DNA of 62,011 nucleotides, counting the filler. It is 3 parts of 3 records of this genome, joined end to end, with 100 filler letters (N's around TTAATTAATTAA, not from the genome) between each part and the next. Parts side by side here need not be neighbours in the genome. Positions count along the whole stretch, not along the records: positions 30,305 to 52,457 come from DRR378314_1583; 2 more parts are not named here. One strand, written 5' to 3'. Positions 42,198 to 52,457 of this stretch are shown here, one piece after another. How positions within the stretch are numbered: position 1 is the first letter of the stretch; each line of letters starts with the position of its first letter. The position numbers and the translations under genes are program-made. Below the pieces are notes generated by a model. That model was not told the origin of the DNA. It worked only from the letters and a program-made list of their open reading frames with translations, and did not search any database.

Positions 42198-42815
42198 TTA
42201 AAGCGGCGGCGGGCGCCACATCAGCCAGATCGGAGGACCGTCGGCGGTGACCCGGTCCTCGCGGATCACCTCGAAACCGAAGCGGCGGTAGAGCGGCAGG
42301 TTGTCCGGCTCGCAGGTCTCCAGGAAGGCACCGTGGCGGTCCCGGTCGCACAGGGCGAGCACCGGCGCCAGCAGGCGGCGGGCGTGGCCGCGCCCCTGCT
42401 GGTCCGGCGCCACCCCCAGCACCTGCAGGTACCAGTGGGGTCGCTTCGGATGCAGTTGCTGAATATGCTGGATGCCGCCCAGGCGGCCGGGCAGGCGGGT
42501 GAGCCCGGTAATCGCCGCGAAGTCGGGCAGGAAGCGAAGCTGCTGCCACAGCCCCAGACGCCACTGGCCCGGCGGCGACCACAGCGCCGCCCCCACACCG
42601 GGTATATGATCGACCCGTCCGGGCAGGGCCAGGTGGCGCAGCTGCGCGGCCATGCCGCGCCGCAAGCGGACCTGGAAATCCTCCGGCCGGCACAGCCAGC
42701 GCCAGAACGGATCGTCGACGAAGGCGCGGGCCAGCAGCTCCACCACGGCGTCGAATTCGGCGCGGGTGCAATGCGGCTGCAAAAGAACCGGGGATAATGA
42801 GTAGGATGAAGGCAT
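42198..42815 (-). CDS. GNAT-family N-acetyltransferase
   Basis: WYLQVLGVAPDQQGRG and LET...NLPLYRRFGF. Confidence 0.87.
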   Translation of the reverse strand: MPSSYSLSPVLLQPHCTRAEFDAVVELLARAFVDDPFWRWLCRPEDFQVRLRRGMAAQLRHLALPGRVDHIPGVGAALWSPPGQWRLGLWQQLRFLPDFAAITGLTRLPGRLGGIQHIQQLHPKRPHWYLQVLGVAPDQQGRGHARRLLAPVLALCDRDRHGAFLETCEPDNLPLYRRFGFEVIREDRVTADGPPIWLMWRPPPL

Positions 42816-42899
42816 CCGGCGTTTGTAGCAGACTGACCGCGAAAAAGGAACGGTCGTGCCACCCGGAGGCAAAGCGTTCACACAATCCAAGGAGACACC

Positions 42900-44414
42900 A
42901 TGCTGGCGAAGCGTGCGTCACTGGCCGAACTGGCCGGGGAACAATGGGACCTGATCGTGATCGGCGGCGGCATCACCGGCGCCGGCGTGTTGCTGGAAGC
43001 GGCCCGCCAGGGGCGCAAGGCGCTGCTGCTGGAACAGCAGGATTTCGCCTGGGGCACCTCCAGCCGCTCGTCGAAGATGGTCCACGGCGGGCTGCGCTAT
43101 ATCGCCCAGGGCGAAGTGCGCCTGACCCGCGACGCCCTGCGCGAGCGGGAGCGGCTGCTGCGCGATCTGCCCGGCCTGGTGGAGCGGGCCCAGTACCTGT
43201 TCCCACTGCGCGACGGCCGGTTCCCGGGGCGCTGGCCGATGACCGCGGTGCTGTCGTTGTACGACTTTCTGGCCGGCATTCGCGACCACCGTTTCGTGCC
43301 CCGCGCCGAGGTGCTGATGCGGGTGCCGGGGCTGGATACGGCTGGCCTGAACGGCGCCATGAGCTACACCGACGCCCTCACCGACGATTGCCGGCTGGTG
43401 GTGCGCTGCCTGCTGGAAGCGGCGCGGCATGGCGGCCGTTCGCTCAATTACGCCCGCGCCACCGCTATCCGCACCGAGAACGGCCGCACCGAGAACGGCC
43501 GCGCCCGGGTGGACGTCACCGATCTGGAAAGCGGCGACAGCCTGACCCTGAACGCCGGCGCGGTGATCAACGCCACCGGCGCCTGGGCCAACCGCCTGGG
43601 CGGCGCCGGGCAACGCATCCGCCCGCTGCGCGGCAGCCATCTGTTCGTCGATCCGGCGCGGCTGCCGGTGGCCGACTGCCTGACGCTGATCAACCCCCGC
43701 GACGACCGGCCGGTGTTCGTGTTCCCGTGGGAAGGGGTCACCTGCATCGGCACCACCGACCTGGATCACGGCGACAGCCTGGACCAGGAGGCCCGCGCCA
43801 GCGGCGCGGAGGTGGACTACCTGCTGGAACTGATCAACGGACAGTTCCCGAAGGTGAACCTGGGCCGCGAGGACATCCTCTCCACCATGGCCGGGGTGCG
43901 CCCGGTGATCGCCTCCGGCGACGGCAAGGATCCTTCCAAGGAGCGCCGCGACCACGCGGTGTGGGAAGAGAACGGCGTGGTCACCGTGAGCGGCGGCAAG
44001 CTCACCACCTTCCGGCTGATCGCCCTGGACGCGCTCTGCGCCGCCGGCCTGCTGGGCCCGCGGGAGGCGCGCCGCGCCCGGCGCAGCAACGCGCCCTTGT
44101 TCCGGCCGCTGCCGGACGCGCCGGAACAGGTGGACCAGTTCCTTCATGGCGTCCAGGACGACGAGGCGCTGTTGCGCTGGGTGCTCAGCCACGAGGCGGT
44201 GGTGCATCTGGACGACCTGCTGCTGCGCCGCACCCGGCTGGGTTTGCTGCGCCGCGACGGCGGCGCCGGCCTGGCGGAGCGGCTGCGCGCGCTCACCGGC
44301 GAACTGCTGGGCTGGGACGCGGCCCGCTGGGAACAGGAGTGGGCCCGCTATGAAGAGATCCGCGAGCGCTTTTACGGCGTGCCGCCGGCGGACCGGGACC
44401 GGGCCGCCGCCTGA
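42900..44414 (+). CDS. FAD-dependent glycerol-3-phosphate dehydrogenase/oxidase family protein
   Basis: GGGITGAG, GTSSRSSKMVHGGLRY, GTTD, GGKLTTFR and DDLLLRRTRLG; AAGGAG SD. Confidence 0.9.
   Translation: MLAKRASLAELAGEQWDLIVIGGGITGAGVLLEAARQGRKALLLEQQDFAWGTSSRSSKMVHGGLRYIAQGEVRLTRDALRERERLLRDLPGLVERAQYLFPLRDGRFPGRWPMTAVLSLYDFLAGIRDHRFVPRAEVLMRVPGLDTAGLNGAMSYTDALTDDCRLVVRCLLEAARHGGRSLNYARATAIRTENGRTENGRARVDVTDLESGDSLTLNAGAVINATGAWANRLGGAGQRIRPLRGSHLFVDPARLPVADCLTLINPRDDRPVFVFPWEGVTCIGTTDLDHGDSLDQEARASGAEVDYLLELINGQFPKVNLGREDILSTMAGVRPVIASGDGKDPSKERRDHAVWEENGVVTVSGGKLTTFRLIALDALCAAGLLGPREARRARRSNAPLFRPLPDAPEQVDQFLHGVQDDEALLRWVLSHEAVVHLDDLLLRRTRLGLLRRDGGAGLAERLRALTGELLGWDAARWEQEWARYEEIRERFYGVPPADRDRAAA
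43469..43502 (+). repeat. In-frame 15-bp tandem duplication (RTENG x2)
   Basis: CCGCACCGAGAACGG twice, followed by CCGC. Confidence 0.95.
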
Positions 44415-44453
44415 GCCCCGAACGCTACCTTTGCATTACCGGAGTCGATCGTT

Positions 44454-44876
44454 ATGCGCGTTACCGATCTGGCCCGGCGGGCCGACACCACCGCCGAAAC
44501 CGTTCGTCACTACACCGATCTGGGCCTGCTGACCCCGCGTCGCGACCCACACAACGGCTACCGCCAGTACAACGGCGTCGACCTGTCGCGGCTGCGCTTC
44601 GCGCTGAAAGCACGCAGCCTGGGCTTCACGCTCGGCGACGTGCGTGAACTGATCGAAGAGTCGGAGGGCGGGGAAACGCCGTGCCCGAGGGTGCGGTCGT
44701 TGATCGAGGCGCGCCTCGCCGAAGTGGAAGCGCGCATCCGTGAACTGAGCGAGTTGAGCGCGCGCATGCGCGCCGCCATGGACGACTGGTCGCGGGCCCC
44801 GGACTGCCATCTGGGCGACGGCAGGGTGTGCGGCCTGATCGATTCCTTCAACGCCGAATCGGCGGCGCCCCGCTAG
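44454..44876 (+). CDS. MerR-family regulator (ZntR-like cysteines)
   Basis: HTH...NGYRQY...ARSLGFTL; Cys in TPCP and CHLGDGRVC. Confidence 0.9.
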   Translation: MRVTDLARRADTTAETVRHYTDLGLLTPRRDPHNGYRQYNGVDLSRLRFALKARSLGFTLGDVRELIEESEGGETPCPRVRSLIEARLAEVEARIRELSELSARMRAAMDDWSRAPDCHLGDGRVCGLIDSFNAESAAPR

Positions 44877-46693
44877 GACGCCTGGTCGCCGTTCTCTTCG
44901 GCGCTTTGCTCTTCCTTGATCAAACCGATCACCGACCAGCCGGCCCGGGGCTCCGGCTGGGACTCGGACGTGAACACGTGGATCCGGTCCTTGCTGTCCA
45001 CCGCGAACAGCGGCCAGACCTGCCGGTTCTCCACCGCCAGATAGGCCTTGAAGTCGAACTCCTCGGTGATCCGTGTCTTGCGGATGTCCGCGCCCTGGCT
45101 GAGCAGGCTGGCGAGGCGGGCATAGGTCATGTCCGGCCCGAACAGGGTGGCGCCCCGGTGGTGCGCGGCCACGTCGTGCTTCTCTTCCTTCTCGCTCTGC
45201 CAGGGCAGGCTGTAGACATTCGGTTCGCCGAATTCCAGACGGTAGCGCATGGTCGCCATGGTGTTCAGTTCCCGGCGCGGGCTCAGGCCCAGCAATTTGC
45301 CGTAGCCCACCAGGTCCAGGTACTGATCCGCGTGGCTGGACACCGGGTTGCCGTAGAAGGTGGGCAGCCCTTCCATGCGCGCGGTGCGGATGCTCTCCCA
45401 ACTGGAATCGGTGAGGATCACCGGGAAATTGTTCTGGCTCAGGGTCTGGCCGATGGCGCGGGCCACCGGATTGGCGCCGATGATCAGGAAGCCCCTGGGG
45501 CCCGGCTCGGCCACCTTGAGCAGCCGCGCCAGCGGCCGGGCGGTGACGCTCTGCAGCGCCACCGTGCCGATGATCACCATGAAGGTGAGCGGCACCAGCA
45601 GCTCGGCGCCGGCCACGCCGTTTTCTTCCAGACGCTGGGCGAACAGGGCGGACACCGCCGCGGCGACGATGCCGCGCGGCGCGATCCACGCCAGCAGCGC
45701 CTTCTCGCGCCAGTTCAGGCTGCTGCCCAGGGTCGCCACCCACACCGACAACGGCCGCGCCACCAGCTGGATGATCGCCAGCACCAGCAGGGCGGTGGCG
45801 CCCAGGCTGAGCAGCTGCTCCATTTCCAGGCGCGCGGCCAGCACGATGAACAGCACCGAAATCAGCATCACCGACAGGTTCTCCTTGAAGTGGAGAATGT
45901 CGTCGGTGCGCACGCCCTTGCGGTTGGCCATCACGATGCCGGCCACGGTCACCGTCACCAGACCGGATTCCTCGCTGATGCTGTTGGACAGCACGAAGGA
46001 GCCGATCACCGAGGACAGCACCAGGAAACTGCGTAGATACTCCGGCACCAGGTGGCGGCTCAGCAGGGCGCTCAGCGCCAGCGCCACGGCGCCGCCCATG
46101 GCGGCGCCCACGGCGATCGCCTGGAAGAACAGCCACAGCCCGTGCAGCAGGGCACCCTGCTGGCCGGTGGCCACCACCAGCTCGTAGGCCAGTACCGCCA
46201 GGATCGCGCCCAGCGGGTCAATCACGATGCCTTCCCAGCGCAGCAGCCGCGCCACGCTCGCCTTGGGGCGCACGCTGCGCAGCAACGGCACGATCACCGT
46301 GGGGCCGGTGACCACCACCAGGGCGCCGAACAGCAGCGCCAGCTCCAAGGGCAGATTCAGCAGGCCCCAGGCGGACAGCGTCACCACGCCCCAGGTGATC
46401 AGCGCCCCCCAGGTGACCAGCCGGCGCACGGTTTTTTCCAGGCCGCGGATCTCGCTGAAGCGAAGGGTGAGGGCGCCCTCGAACAGAATGATCGACACCG
46501 CCAGGGACACCCCGGGCAGCAGCAGATCTCCGAATAACTGCTTGGGTTGGATCAGACCGGCCACCGAGCCCAACAACAGGCCGGACAGCAGCAACGGTAA
46601 AATGGCGGGCAGCTTGATGCGCCAGGAGGCCCACTGGCAGACAAACGCCACCACGGTGATCAGGGCCAACTGCAAAGGTACGGAGAGTTCCAT
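44873..46693 (-). CDS. CPA1 (NhaP-type) cation:proton antiporter with C-terminal RCK/TrkA-N-like domain
   Basis: ILFEG, TGPTV, EGIVIDP, PRGIVAA and IIGAN. Confidence 0.9.
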   Translation of the reverse strand: MELSVPLQLALITVVAFVCQWASWRIKLPAILPLLLSGLLLGSVAGLIQPKQLFGDLLLPGVSLAVSIILFEGALTLRFSEIRGLEKTVRRLVTWGALITWGVVTLSAWGLLNLPLELALLFGALVVVTGPTVIVPLLRSVRPKASVARLLRWEGIVIDPLGAILAVLAYELVVATGQQGALLHGLWLFFQAIAVGAAMGGAVALALSALLSRHLVPEYLRSFLVLSSVIGSFVLSNSISEESGLVTVTVAGIVMANRKGVRTDDILHFKENLSVMLISVLFIVLAARLEMEQLLSLGATALLVLAIIQLVARPLSVWVATLGSSLNWREKALLAWIAPRGIVAAAVSALFAQRLEENGVAGAELLVPLTFMVIIGTVALQSVTARPLARLLKVAEPGPRGFLIIGANPVARAIGQTLSQNNFPVILTDSSWESIRTARMEGLPTFYGNPVSSHADQYLDLVGYGKLLGLSPRRELNTMATMRYRLEFGEPNVYSLPWQSEKEEKHDVAAHHRGATLFGPDMTYARLASLLSQGADIRKTRITEEFDFKAYLAVENRQVWPLFAVDSKDRIHVFTSESQPEPRAGWSVIGLIKEEQSAEENGDQAS

Positions 46694-46836
46694 GGGCTTC
46701 CTTGTCTGAGAGTGCGGCTATAGTCCCAGCGAACCCGGAGCGTCGCAAGCCCGATTTTTTTCATCCCGCTAACGGCAAAAACGACGGTGATAATGATAGG
46801 CTTGCCGACCTCCGTTGTACCGCCCAGGGATTCCCG

Positions 46837-48030
46837 ATGCCTACCGTTTCCCCCGTACGCCTGGCGATCATGCTCGGCACTCTGGTGGCCCTCGGGCCGC
46901 TCGCCATCGACACCTACCTGCCGGCGCTGCCGACCATGGCCGACGACTTCGGCGTGGCGGTGCACCGCATTGAACTGTCGGTGAGCGTCTATGTGCTGGG
47001 TGTGGCGCTGGGCCAGTGGCTGGGTGGGCCGCTGTCGGATCATTTCGGCCGCAAACCGGTGGCCTATGTGGGCCTGTCCGTTTTCATCGTCGCCAGCCTG
47101 GCGATCACGGTGTGCTCGCAGGTGGGCTGGCTGTACGGTCTGCGCGTGCTTCAGGCCCTGGGCGGCGGCGCCACCGTGGTGATCGCCGCCGCCTCGGTGC
47201 GCGACCATTTCAACGGCCGCGAAGCGGCCCGGGTGCTCACCAGTGTGGGCCTGGTGCTGTTGCTGGCGCCGCTGGTGGCGCCCGCGGTAGGGGCCTTCCT
47301 GCTGCACCTGGCCGGCTGGCAGAGCATCTTCGTGATGCTGGCCGGCTACGCCGTACTGGTGGCCCTGATGCTGCGCTTCGCGATGCCGTCGGTGGCCCCG
47401 CAGGTGGCGGAGGAACCGCTGCGCCACCGCATGTTCGCGGCCTACGGCCGGGTGCTGCGCCAGCGCCGGGCGATGGGCTTCATCCTCGCCAACGGCCTGA
47501 TCTTTTCCGCCATGTTCACCTTTATCACCGACGCCGCCTTTCTCTATATCGAATACTTCGGCATCGACGAGGCCCGCTTCCCGCTCTATTTCGGCGCCAA
47601 CGTGGTCGCCATGCTGGGGCTCAACCGTCTTAACGTGTTGCTGCTGCGCCGCTTCGACAGCGCCGCGATCATGGCCGTGGCGGTGGTGCTGCAAAGCCTG
47701 GCCGCGCTGACGCTGCTGCTGCTCACCCTGAGCGGCTACCTGACGCTCTGGAGCACGGTGCCGCTGATCATGGTGGTGGCCGGCATGGCGGCGCTGGCGA
47801 TCCCCAACGCGCTGGCCAGCTTCCTGGCCTTCTTCGAGCGCGACAGCGGCGCCGCCACCGGCCTCAACGGCTGCCTGCAGTTTCTGATGGCGGGGCTGAT
47901 CGGTTCCGGGCTGGGCCTGATCCACAACGGTACGCCGCTGCCGATGACCGCCCTGATGGCGGCCAGCGCCGTGGGCGGCATGCTCTGCTTCTTCCTGCTG
48001 GCGCGGGAAAAGCCGGGCCTCAGGCAGTAG
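46837..48030 (+). CDS. Bcr/CflA-family MFS efflux transporter
   Basis: GPLAIDTYLPALP and GPLSDHFGRK. Confidence 0.92.
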   Translation: MPTVSPVRLAIMLGTLVALGPLAIDTYLPALPTMADDFGVAVHRIELSVSVYVLGVALGQWLGGPLSDHFGRKPVAYVGLSVFIVASLAITVCSQVGWLYGLRVLQALGGGATVVIAAASVRDHFNGREAARVLTSVGLVLLLAPLVAPAVGAFLLHLAGWQSIFVMLAGYAVLVALMLRFAMPSVAPQVAEEPLRHRMFAAYGRVLRQRRAMGFILANGLIFSAMFTFITDAAFLYIEYFGIDEARFPLYFGANVVAMLGLNRLNVLLLRRFDSAAIMAVAVVLQSLAALTLLLLTLSGYLTLWSTVPLIMVVAGMAALAIPNALASFLAFFERDSGAATGLNGCLQFLMAGLIGSGLGLIHNGTPLPMTALMAASAVGGMLCFFLLAREKPGLRQ

Positions 48031-48033
48031 CCG

Positions 48034-50487
48034 TCAGGACATCAGGCGGGCCAGCGGCGCGCTGTGGCGTCGTGGCTTGAGCCACTGGGTCGCCAGCATC
48101 GGCAGGATCAGCACCCAGGGCAGCAGAATCCACCAGGACAGCGGCATATCGCCGTCGAACAACTTGGCGCCGAGCGGCCAGAGCGCCACCAGGTGCAGCA
48201 GGTGCGCGAACAGCGCCGCGCCGCCGAGCAGCACGGCCTGTTCGAGCACCGCCACCCGGCGCAGCAGGGCGGAGCGCGCGCCCAGCACCCGCAGCAGTGC
48301 CTCGTCGCGGCGCCGCTGCTGGCTGCCCGCCAGCCAGGCGGCGGCCATCACCAGCACGCTGGACGCCAGCAGCAGCACCGCCAGGGCCAGGGCCGCGCGG
48401 CTGGCGCGGGCGATCAGGTCCTGGGCCTGGTCGAGCAGTGCGTTGACGTCCAGCAGGGTGATCTGCGGGAACTGACGGATCAGGTCCGGCAGGTCCGCGC
48501 CCTGACCTTCGGGCAGGTAAAAGCTGGTCAGCCAGTAGCGGTTCAATGATTCCAGGGTGCCGGGGCTGAACATGAAGTAGAAATTCGGCTCGAAGCTTTC
48601 CCATTCCACTTCCCGCAAACCGACCACGGTGGCCGCCACACTGCCCGAGGGCGCGGTGAAGCCGAGCTCGTCGCCCACCTTCAGGCCCAGGGATGCCGCC
48701 AGTTCCGATTCCACCGACACTTCGCCGGGGGCATCGGCCACCCAGCGCCCATCGGTCACCCGGTTACTCTCCGGCAGGGTGTCGGCCTGGGTCAGCGACA
48801 GGTCGCGGTTGAGGGCGCGCTGGCCCTGGTCGTCCTCGTCTTCCTTGGTGACCGCCTCGCGCACCGGCTGGCCGTTCACCTCGGTGAGGCGGGCGCGCAC
48901 CACCGGATAGAAGCCGGGCACCTCGGCGTCGTGGGTGTCCAGCCAGCTTCGGAACGCGTCCATATCCTGGTCGAACAGGTTGAGCACGAAATAGTTGGGC
49001 GCCTTCTCCGGCAGGCTGGCGCGCCACTGGCCCAGCAGCTGCTGGCCCACCTGGCTGGCCAGGGACATGACCGCCAGGGCCAGTACCATGGCGGCCAGCA
49101 TCGGCAGGGTGGTCATCGGGCGCCGGGCCAGGCGTCGCAGCGCCAGACGCGGCGCCAGCGGCAGACGCGCGCCGCCCTTGTCGGCAAGGCGCAACGGCCC
49201 CCACAGCAGCAGTGGCAGGCCCACCGCCACGGCCACCATTAGCAGCAACAGCTGCCCCAGGGCCACCAGCGAGCCGGATAGCATCATCGCCACCAGCACC
49301 GGGGCCAGCAGGGCGCCGAGCAGATTACGGCCGGTGCGCGCCGCCGGGGCCTCCAGACGGTCGGCGAGGATCAGCCGCGCCGGCAGATCCGCCAGCCGCC
49401 ACAGCCGCGGCAGGGCGAAGCCGGCCCAGATCACCACCGGCGCCAGGGCCAGCAGCAGCCAGGTGAGCACGGACGGCCGCCAGGTGAGGGCGTCGCCGAG
49501 CCATTGCTGCAGCAGCAGAAAGCCGCCGCCGGCCAGCGCCAGGCCCACCAGGATGGACGGCAGCAGCGCCGCCAGCTCACGGCCCAGTATCTGGCCGAGG
49601 ATAAGGCGGCGGCCGGCGCCGAAGGTTTTCATCACCGCGCAGCGGCGCGCCTGCTCGGCGCTGCGCACGCCGGCGGCCAGATAGACGGCGCCGCCGCACA
49701 GCAGCACCACCATCATCACCGACAGCTGGCCCCACAGGCTGAGTTGTCGCATCGGCCCCATGGAGCGCATCGCGGCGTCCTCGCGGGTGTCGATCTCCTG
49801 ATGCGGCGCCAGGGTGGGTTCCAGCCGGTCAAGGACGCCGGCCATTTGCTCGCCGGGGGCGGCGATGCGCAGTTCATATTCGACCCGGGTGCCCGGCGCC
49901 AGCACGCCGGTGGAGTCCACGTCCTCCAGGTTCATCAGCACCCTGGGGTTCATGCTGTAGAAACCGGCGCCCTGGTCCGGCTCGCGGACCAGCACCTTGC
50001 CGATCCGCAACTGGCGCTCGCCCACGGTGACGGTGTCGCCCACGTTCTGTTCCAGGCGATCCAGCGCCGGGCCGGCCAGCCACACCTCGCCGGGCGGCGG
50101 GCCCTGGTCCACGGTGCCCGGCGTGGCGAAGCGCTGGTCCGCCACGGTGAGCTCGCCGTACAGCGGGTAGGCGTCGTCCACCGCTTTGACGCTGGTGAGT
50201 ACGAAGGTGTTGCCGTGCACCAGCACAGTGCTGAAGGCGCTGATCCGGGAATGGGGCAGGGCGGCCACCTGCTCGCGCTGGGCCCGGGTGGCCGGCTCGC
50301 TGCCTTCCAGCACCAGGTCGCCGCCGATCGCCTCGGCGGTGCGGTTGGCGAAGCGGTGGTCCAGCTCGCCGCGCATCAGCACCACGGCGGCGATCGCCAG
50401 GGTGCACACCAGCAGCGCCAGGGCCTGAATGCGGAACGCGGACGAACGCCAGGGACGAAGCAGCGGTCGCGGGGAGAGATCAGGCAC
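48034..50487 (-). CDS. ybbP: YbbP-like ABC permease (FtsX/MacB type)
   Basis: GGDL, KAVDDAYPLYG, PNYF and REVEWESFEPNF. Confidence 0.85.
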   Translation of the reverse strand: MPDLSPRPLLRPWRSSAFRIQALALLVCTLAIAAVVLMRGELDHRFANRTAEAIGGDLVLEGSEPATRAQREQVAALPHSRISAFSTVLVHGNTFVLTSVKAVDDAYPLYGELTVADQRFATPGTVDQGPPPGEVWLAGPALDRLEQNVGDTVTVGERQLRIGKVLVREPDQGAGFYSMNPRVLMNLEDVDSTGVLAPGTRVEYELRIAAPGEQMAGVLDRLEPTLAPHQEIDTREDAAMRSMGPMRQLSLWGQLSVMMVVLLCGGAVYLAAGVRSAEQARRCAVMKTFGAGRRLILGQILGRELAALLPSILVGLALAGGGFLLLQQWLGDALTWRPSVLTWLLLALAPVVIWAGFALPRLWRLADLPARLILADRLEAPAARTGRNLLGALLAPVLVAMMLSGSLVALGQLLLLMVAVAVGLPLLLWGPLRLADKGGARLPLAPRLALRRLARRPMTTLPMLAAMVLALAVMSLASQVGQQLLGQWRASLPEKAPNYFVLNLFDQDMDAFRSWLDTHDAEVPGFYPVVRARLTEVNGQPVREAVTKEDEDDQGQRALNRDLSLTQADTLPESNRVTDGRWVADAPGEVSVESELAASLGLKVGDELGFTAPSGSVAATVVGLREVEWESFEPNFYFMFSPGTLESLNRYWLTSFYLPEGQGADLPDLIRQFPQITLLDVNALLDQAQDLIARASRAALALAVLLLASSVLVMAAAWLAGSQQRRRDEALLRVLGARSALLRRVAVLEQAVLLGGAALFAHLLHLVALWPLGAKLFDGDMPLSWWILLPWVLILPMLATQWLKPRRHSAPLARLMS

Positions 50488-51154
50488 TCAGGCGGCCCTC
50501 CACCAGTTCATGATGGGTGCCGCAGTGCCGGGCCAGGGCCGGGTCGTGGGTCACCAGCACCAGGGCGGTGCCGTGGTCGCGGTTCAGGTCGAACAGCATC
50601 TCCGCCACCTGGTCGCCGTTGGCCCGGTCCAGGCTGCCGGTGGGCTCATCGGCGAACAGCAGGGCGGGCTCCATGGCGAAGGCGCGGGCCAGCGCCACGC
50701 GCTGCTGCTCGCCGCCGGAGAGCTGCGACGGGAAATGCCGTTCGCGTTTGCCCAGGCCGACCCGGGCCAGCCAGTGCCGGGCCTTGTCCCGGGCCCGGTC
50801 GGCGCCGGCGATTTCCAGCGGCAGCATGACGTTTTCCAGGGCGGTGAGGTCGGCGACCAGATGAAACGCCTGGAACACGAAGCTGCAGTAACGCCCGCGC
50901 AGCGCCGCGCGCGCGTCTTCGTCGAGGCCGCTGAACGGCTCGCCGGCGAGGCGCACGTCGCCGCCGGTGGGCACGTCCAGGCCGGCCAGCAAACCCAGCA
51001 AGGTGGATTTTCCGGAACCGGACGGCCCGGTGATGGCCAAAGTGTCTCCCCCTTGGACGGTGAGGTCGATATGCTCCAGGAGGGTCAGCTCGCCTTCCGG
51101 GGCGGAGACCGTTTTGCTAAGTTGTCGCGCGACAAGCACGGGAGTCGAGGCCAT
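50480..51154 (-). CDS. ybbA: YbbA-like ABC ATPase
   Basis: GPSGSGKS, LSGGEQQ and ADEPTG. Confidence 0.9.
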   Translation of the reverse strand: MASTPVLVARQLSKTVSAPEGELTLLEHIDLTVQGGDTLAITGPSGSGKSTLLGLLAGLDVPTGGDVRLAGEPFSGLDEDARAALRGRYCSFVFQAFHLVADLTALENVMLPLEIAGADRARDKARHWLARVGLGKRERHFPSQLSGGEQQRVALARAFAMEPALLFADEPTGSLDRANGDQVAEMLFDLNRDHGTALVLVTHDPALARHCGTHHELVEGRLSA

Positions 51155-51769
51155 ATGTGGGAACGCCTGATCGTTTTGGTTTTACTGGTAACGCCGTTTT
51201 GCGCCCGCGCCGAGGGCGTGCTGGTGCTGGGTGACAGCATCAGCGCGGCCTATGGTATCGAGGAAACGCAGGGATGGGTGCACCTTTTACGACAACGGCT
51301 GGAAACGCAATGTTCCGGGCTGCCGGTGAACAACGCGTCGGTGAGCGGCGACACCAGTGACGGCGGTCTGGTGCGGCTGCCGGATCTGCTCGAGCGCCAC
51401 CAGCCGGACACCGTGGTGATCGAGCTGGGCGGCAACGACGGGCTGCGCGGCCTGCCGCCGCAGCGGCTGGGCGACAACCTGGCCCGCATGATCGAACTGA
51501 GCGAAGCGGCCGGCGCCGAGCCGGTGCTGCTGGGCATGCGTATTCCGCCTAATTACGGCCAGGCCTACACCCGCCTGTTCGAGCAGGCCTTCAAAAAGGT
51601 GGCCGGGGAAACCGGGGTGCCGTTCGTGCCTTTCCTGCTGGACGGCGTGGTGGAAGCGGGGCAGATGCAGCGCGACGGCATACATCCCACCGCCGAGGCC
51701 CAGCCGGGCCTGCTGAAAAACGCCTGGCCGGCGATCAAACCGGCGCTACCGGACCACTGCGACCTGTAA
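51155..51769 (+). CDS. tesA: Periplasmic GDSL arylesterase/acyl-CoA thioesterase I
   Basis: Signal peptide, GDSISA, ELGGND and DGIHP. Confidence 0.9.
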   Translation: MWERLIVLVLLVTPFCARAEGVLVLGDSISAAYGIEETQGWVHLLRQRLETQCSGLPVNNASVSGDTSDGGLVRLPDLLERHQPDTVVIELGGNDGLRGLPPQRLGDNLARMIELSEAAGAEPVLLGMRIPPNYGQAYTRLFEQAFKKVAGETGVPFVPFLLDGVVEAGQMQRDGIHPTAEAQPGLLKNAWPAIKPALPDHCDL

Positions 51770-51781
51770 AGGAAGAGCACC

Positions 51782-52417
51782 ATGGAATTCACCATCCCGT
51801 ACCGGGATATCCTCGACTTCTGGTTTGGCGACAGCGGTGGCCTGGAAGGGGAGACCGACGATACCCGGGGCTGGCCGCCGGAATCCTTGCGCCGGCGCTG
51901 GTTCAAGAGCAGTGACGCCCAGGACGCGGAAATCGCCGAACGCTTCGGTGACCGGGTGGCGGCGGCGCTGCGGCGCGACCTGGTGGACTGGGAACGGGAG
52001 CCGGGCCCCAGGCTGGCGCTGATCCTGCTGCTGGACCAGTTCACGCGCAATATTTATCGCGGCACGGCGGACGCCTTCGCCGGCGACCACCACGCCGCCA
52101 CGCTGACCCTGGAAGGTTTATCCACCGGCATGGACCGGCGCCTGGGCTGGGCCGGCCAGGTGTTTTTCTATATGCCGCTGATGCACGCCGAGGACGCCGA
52201 GCTGCAGGACCGCGCGGTGGCCTGCTACCAGGACCTGCACGCACGGGTGCCGGCGGCGCTCAAGGACGATATCGCCAACAACCTCAAATTCGCCGAGGAG
52301 CACCGCGACATCATCCAGCGGTTCGGCCGTTTCCCGCACCGCAACCGGGTGCTGGAGCGCACCGACAGCGCCGAGGAACTCGACTTCTTGCAGCACGCGC
52401 GGCGCTACGGGCAATAG
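51782..52417 (+). CDS. DUF924 family protein
   Basis: ILDFWF, LLDQFTRNIYR, FFYMPLMHAE and RFGRFPHRN. Confidence 0.9.
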   Translation: MEFTIPYRDILDFWFGDSGGLEGETDDTRGWPPESLRRRWFKSSDAQDAEIAERFGDRVAAALRRDLVDWEREPGPRLALILLLDQFTRNIYRGTADAFAGDHHAATLTLEGLSTGMDRRLGWAGQVFFYMPLMHAEDAELQDRAVACYQDLHARVPAALKDDIANNLKFAEEHRDIIQRFGRFPHRNRVLERTDSAEELDFLQHARRYGQ

Positions 52418-52457
52418 ATCGCGCACAAACAAGGTCTCTGGGATCCTGCCGGGTGGC

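Noticed and set aside
50429-51154. 446-aa extended TesA
   Set aside because: The extension is the antisense of ybbA; the signal peptide starts at ATG 51155.
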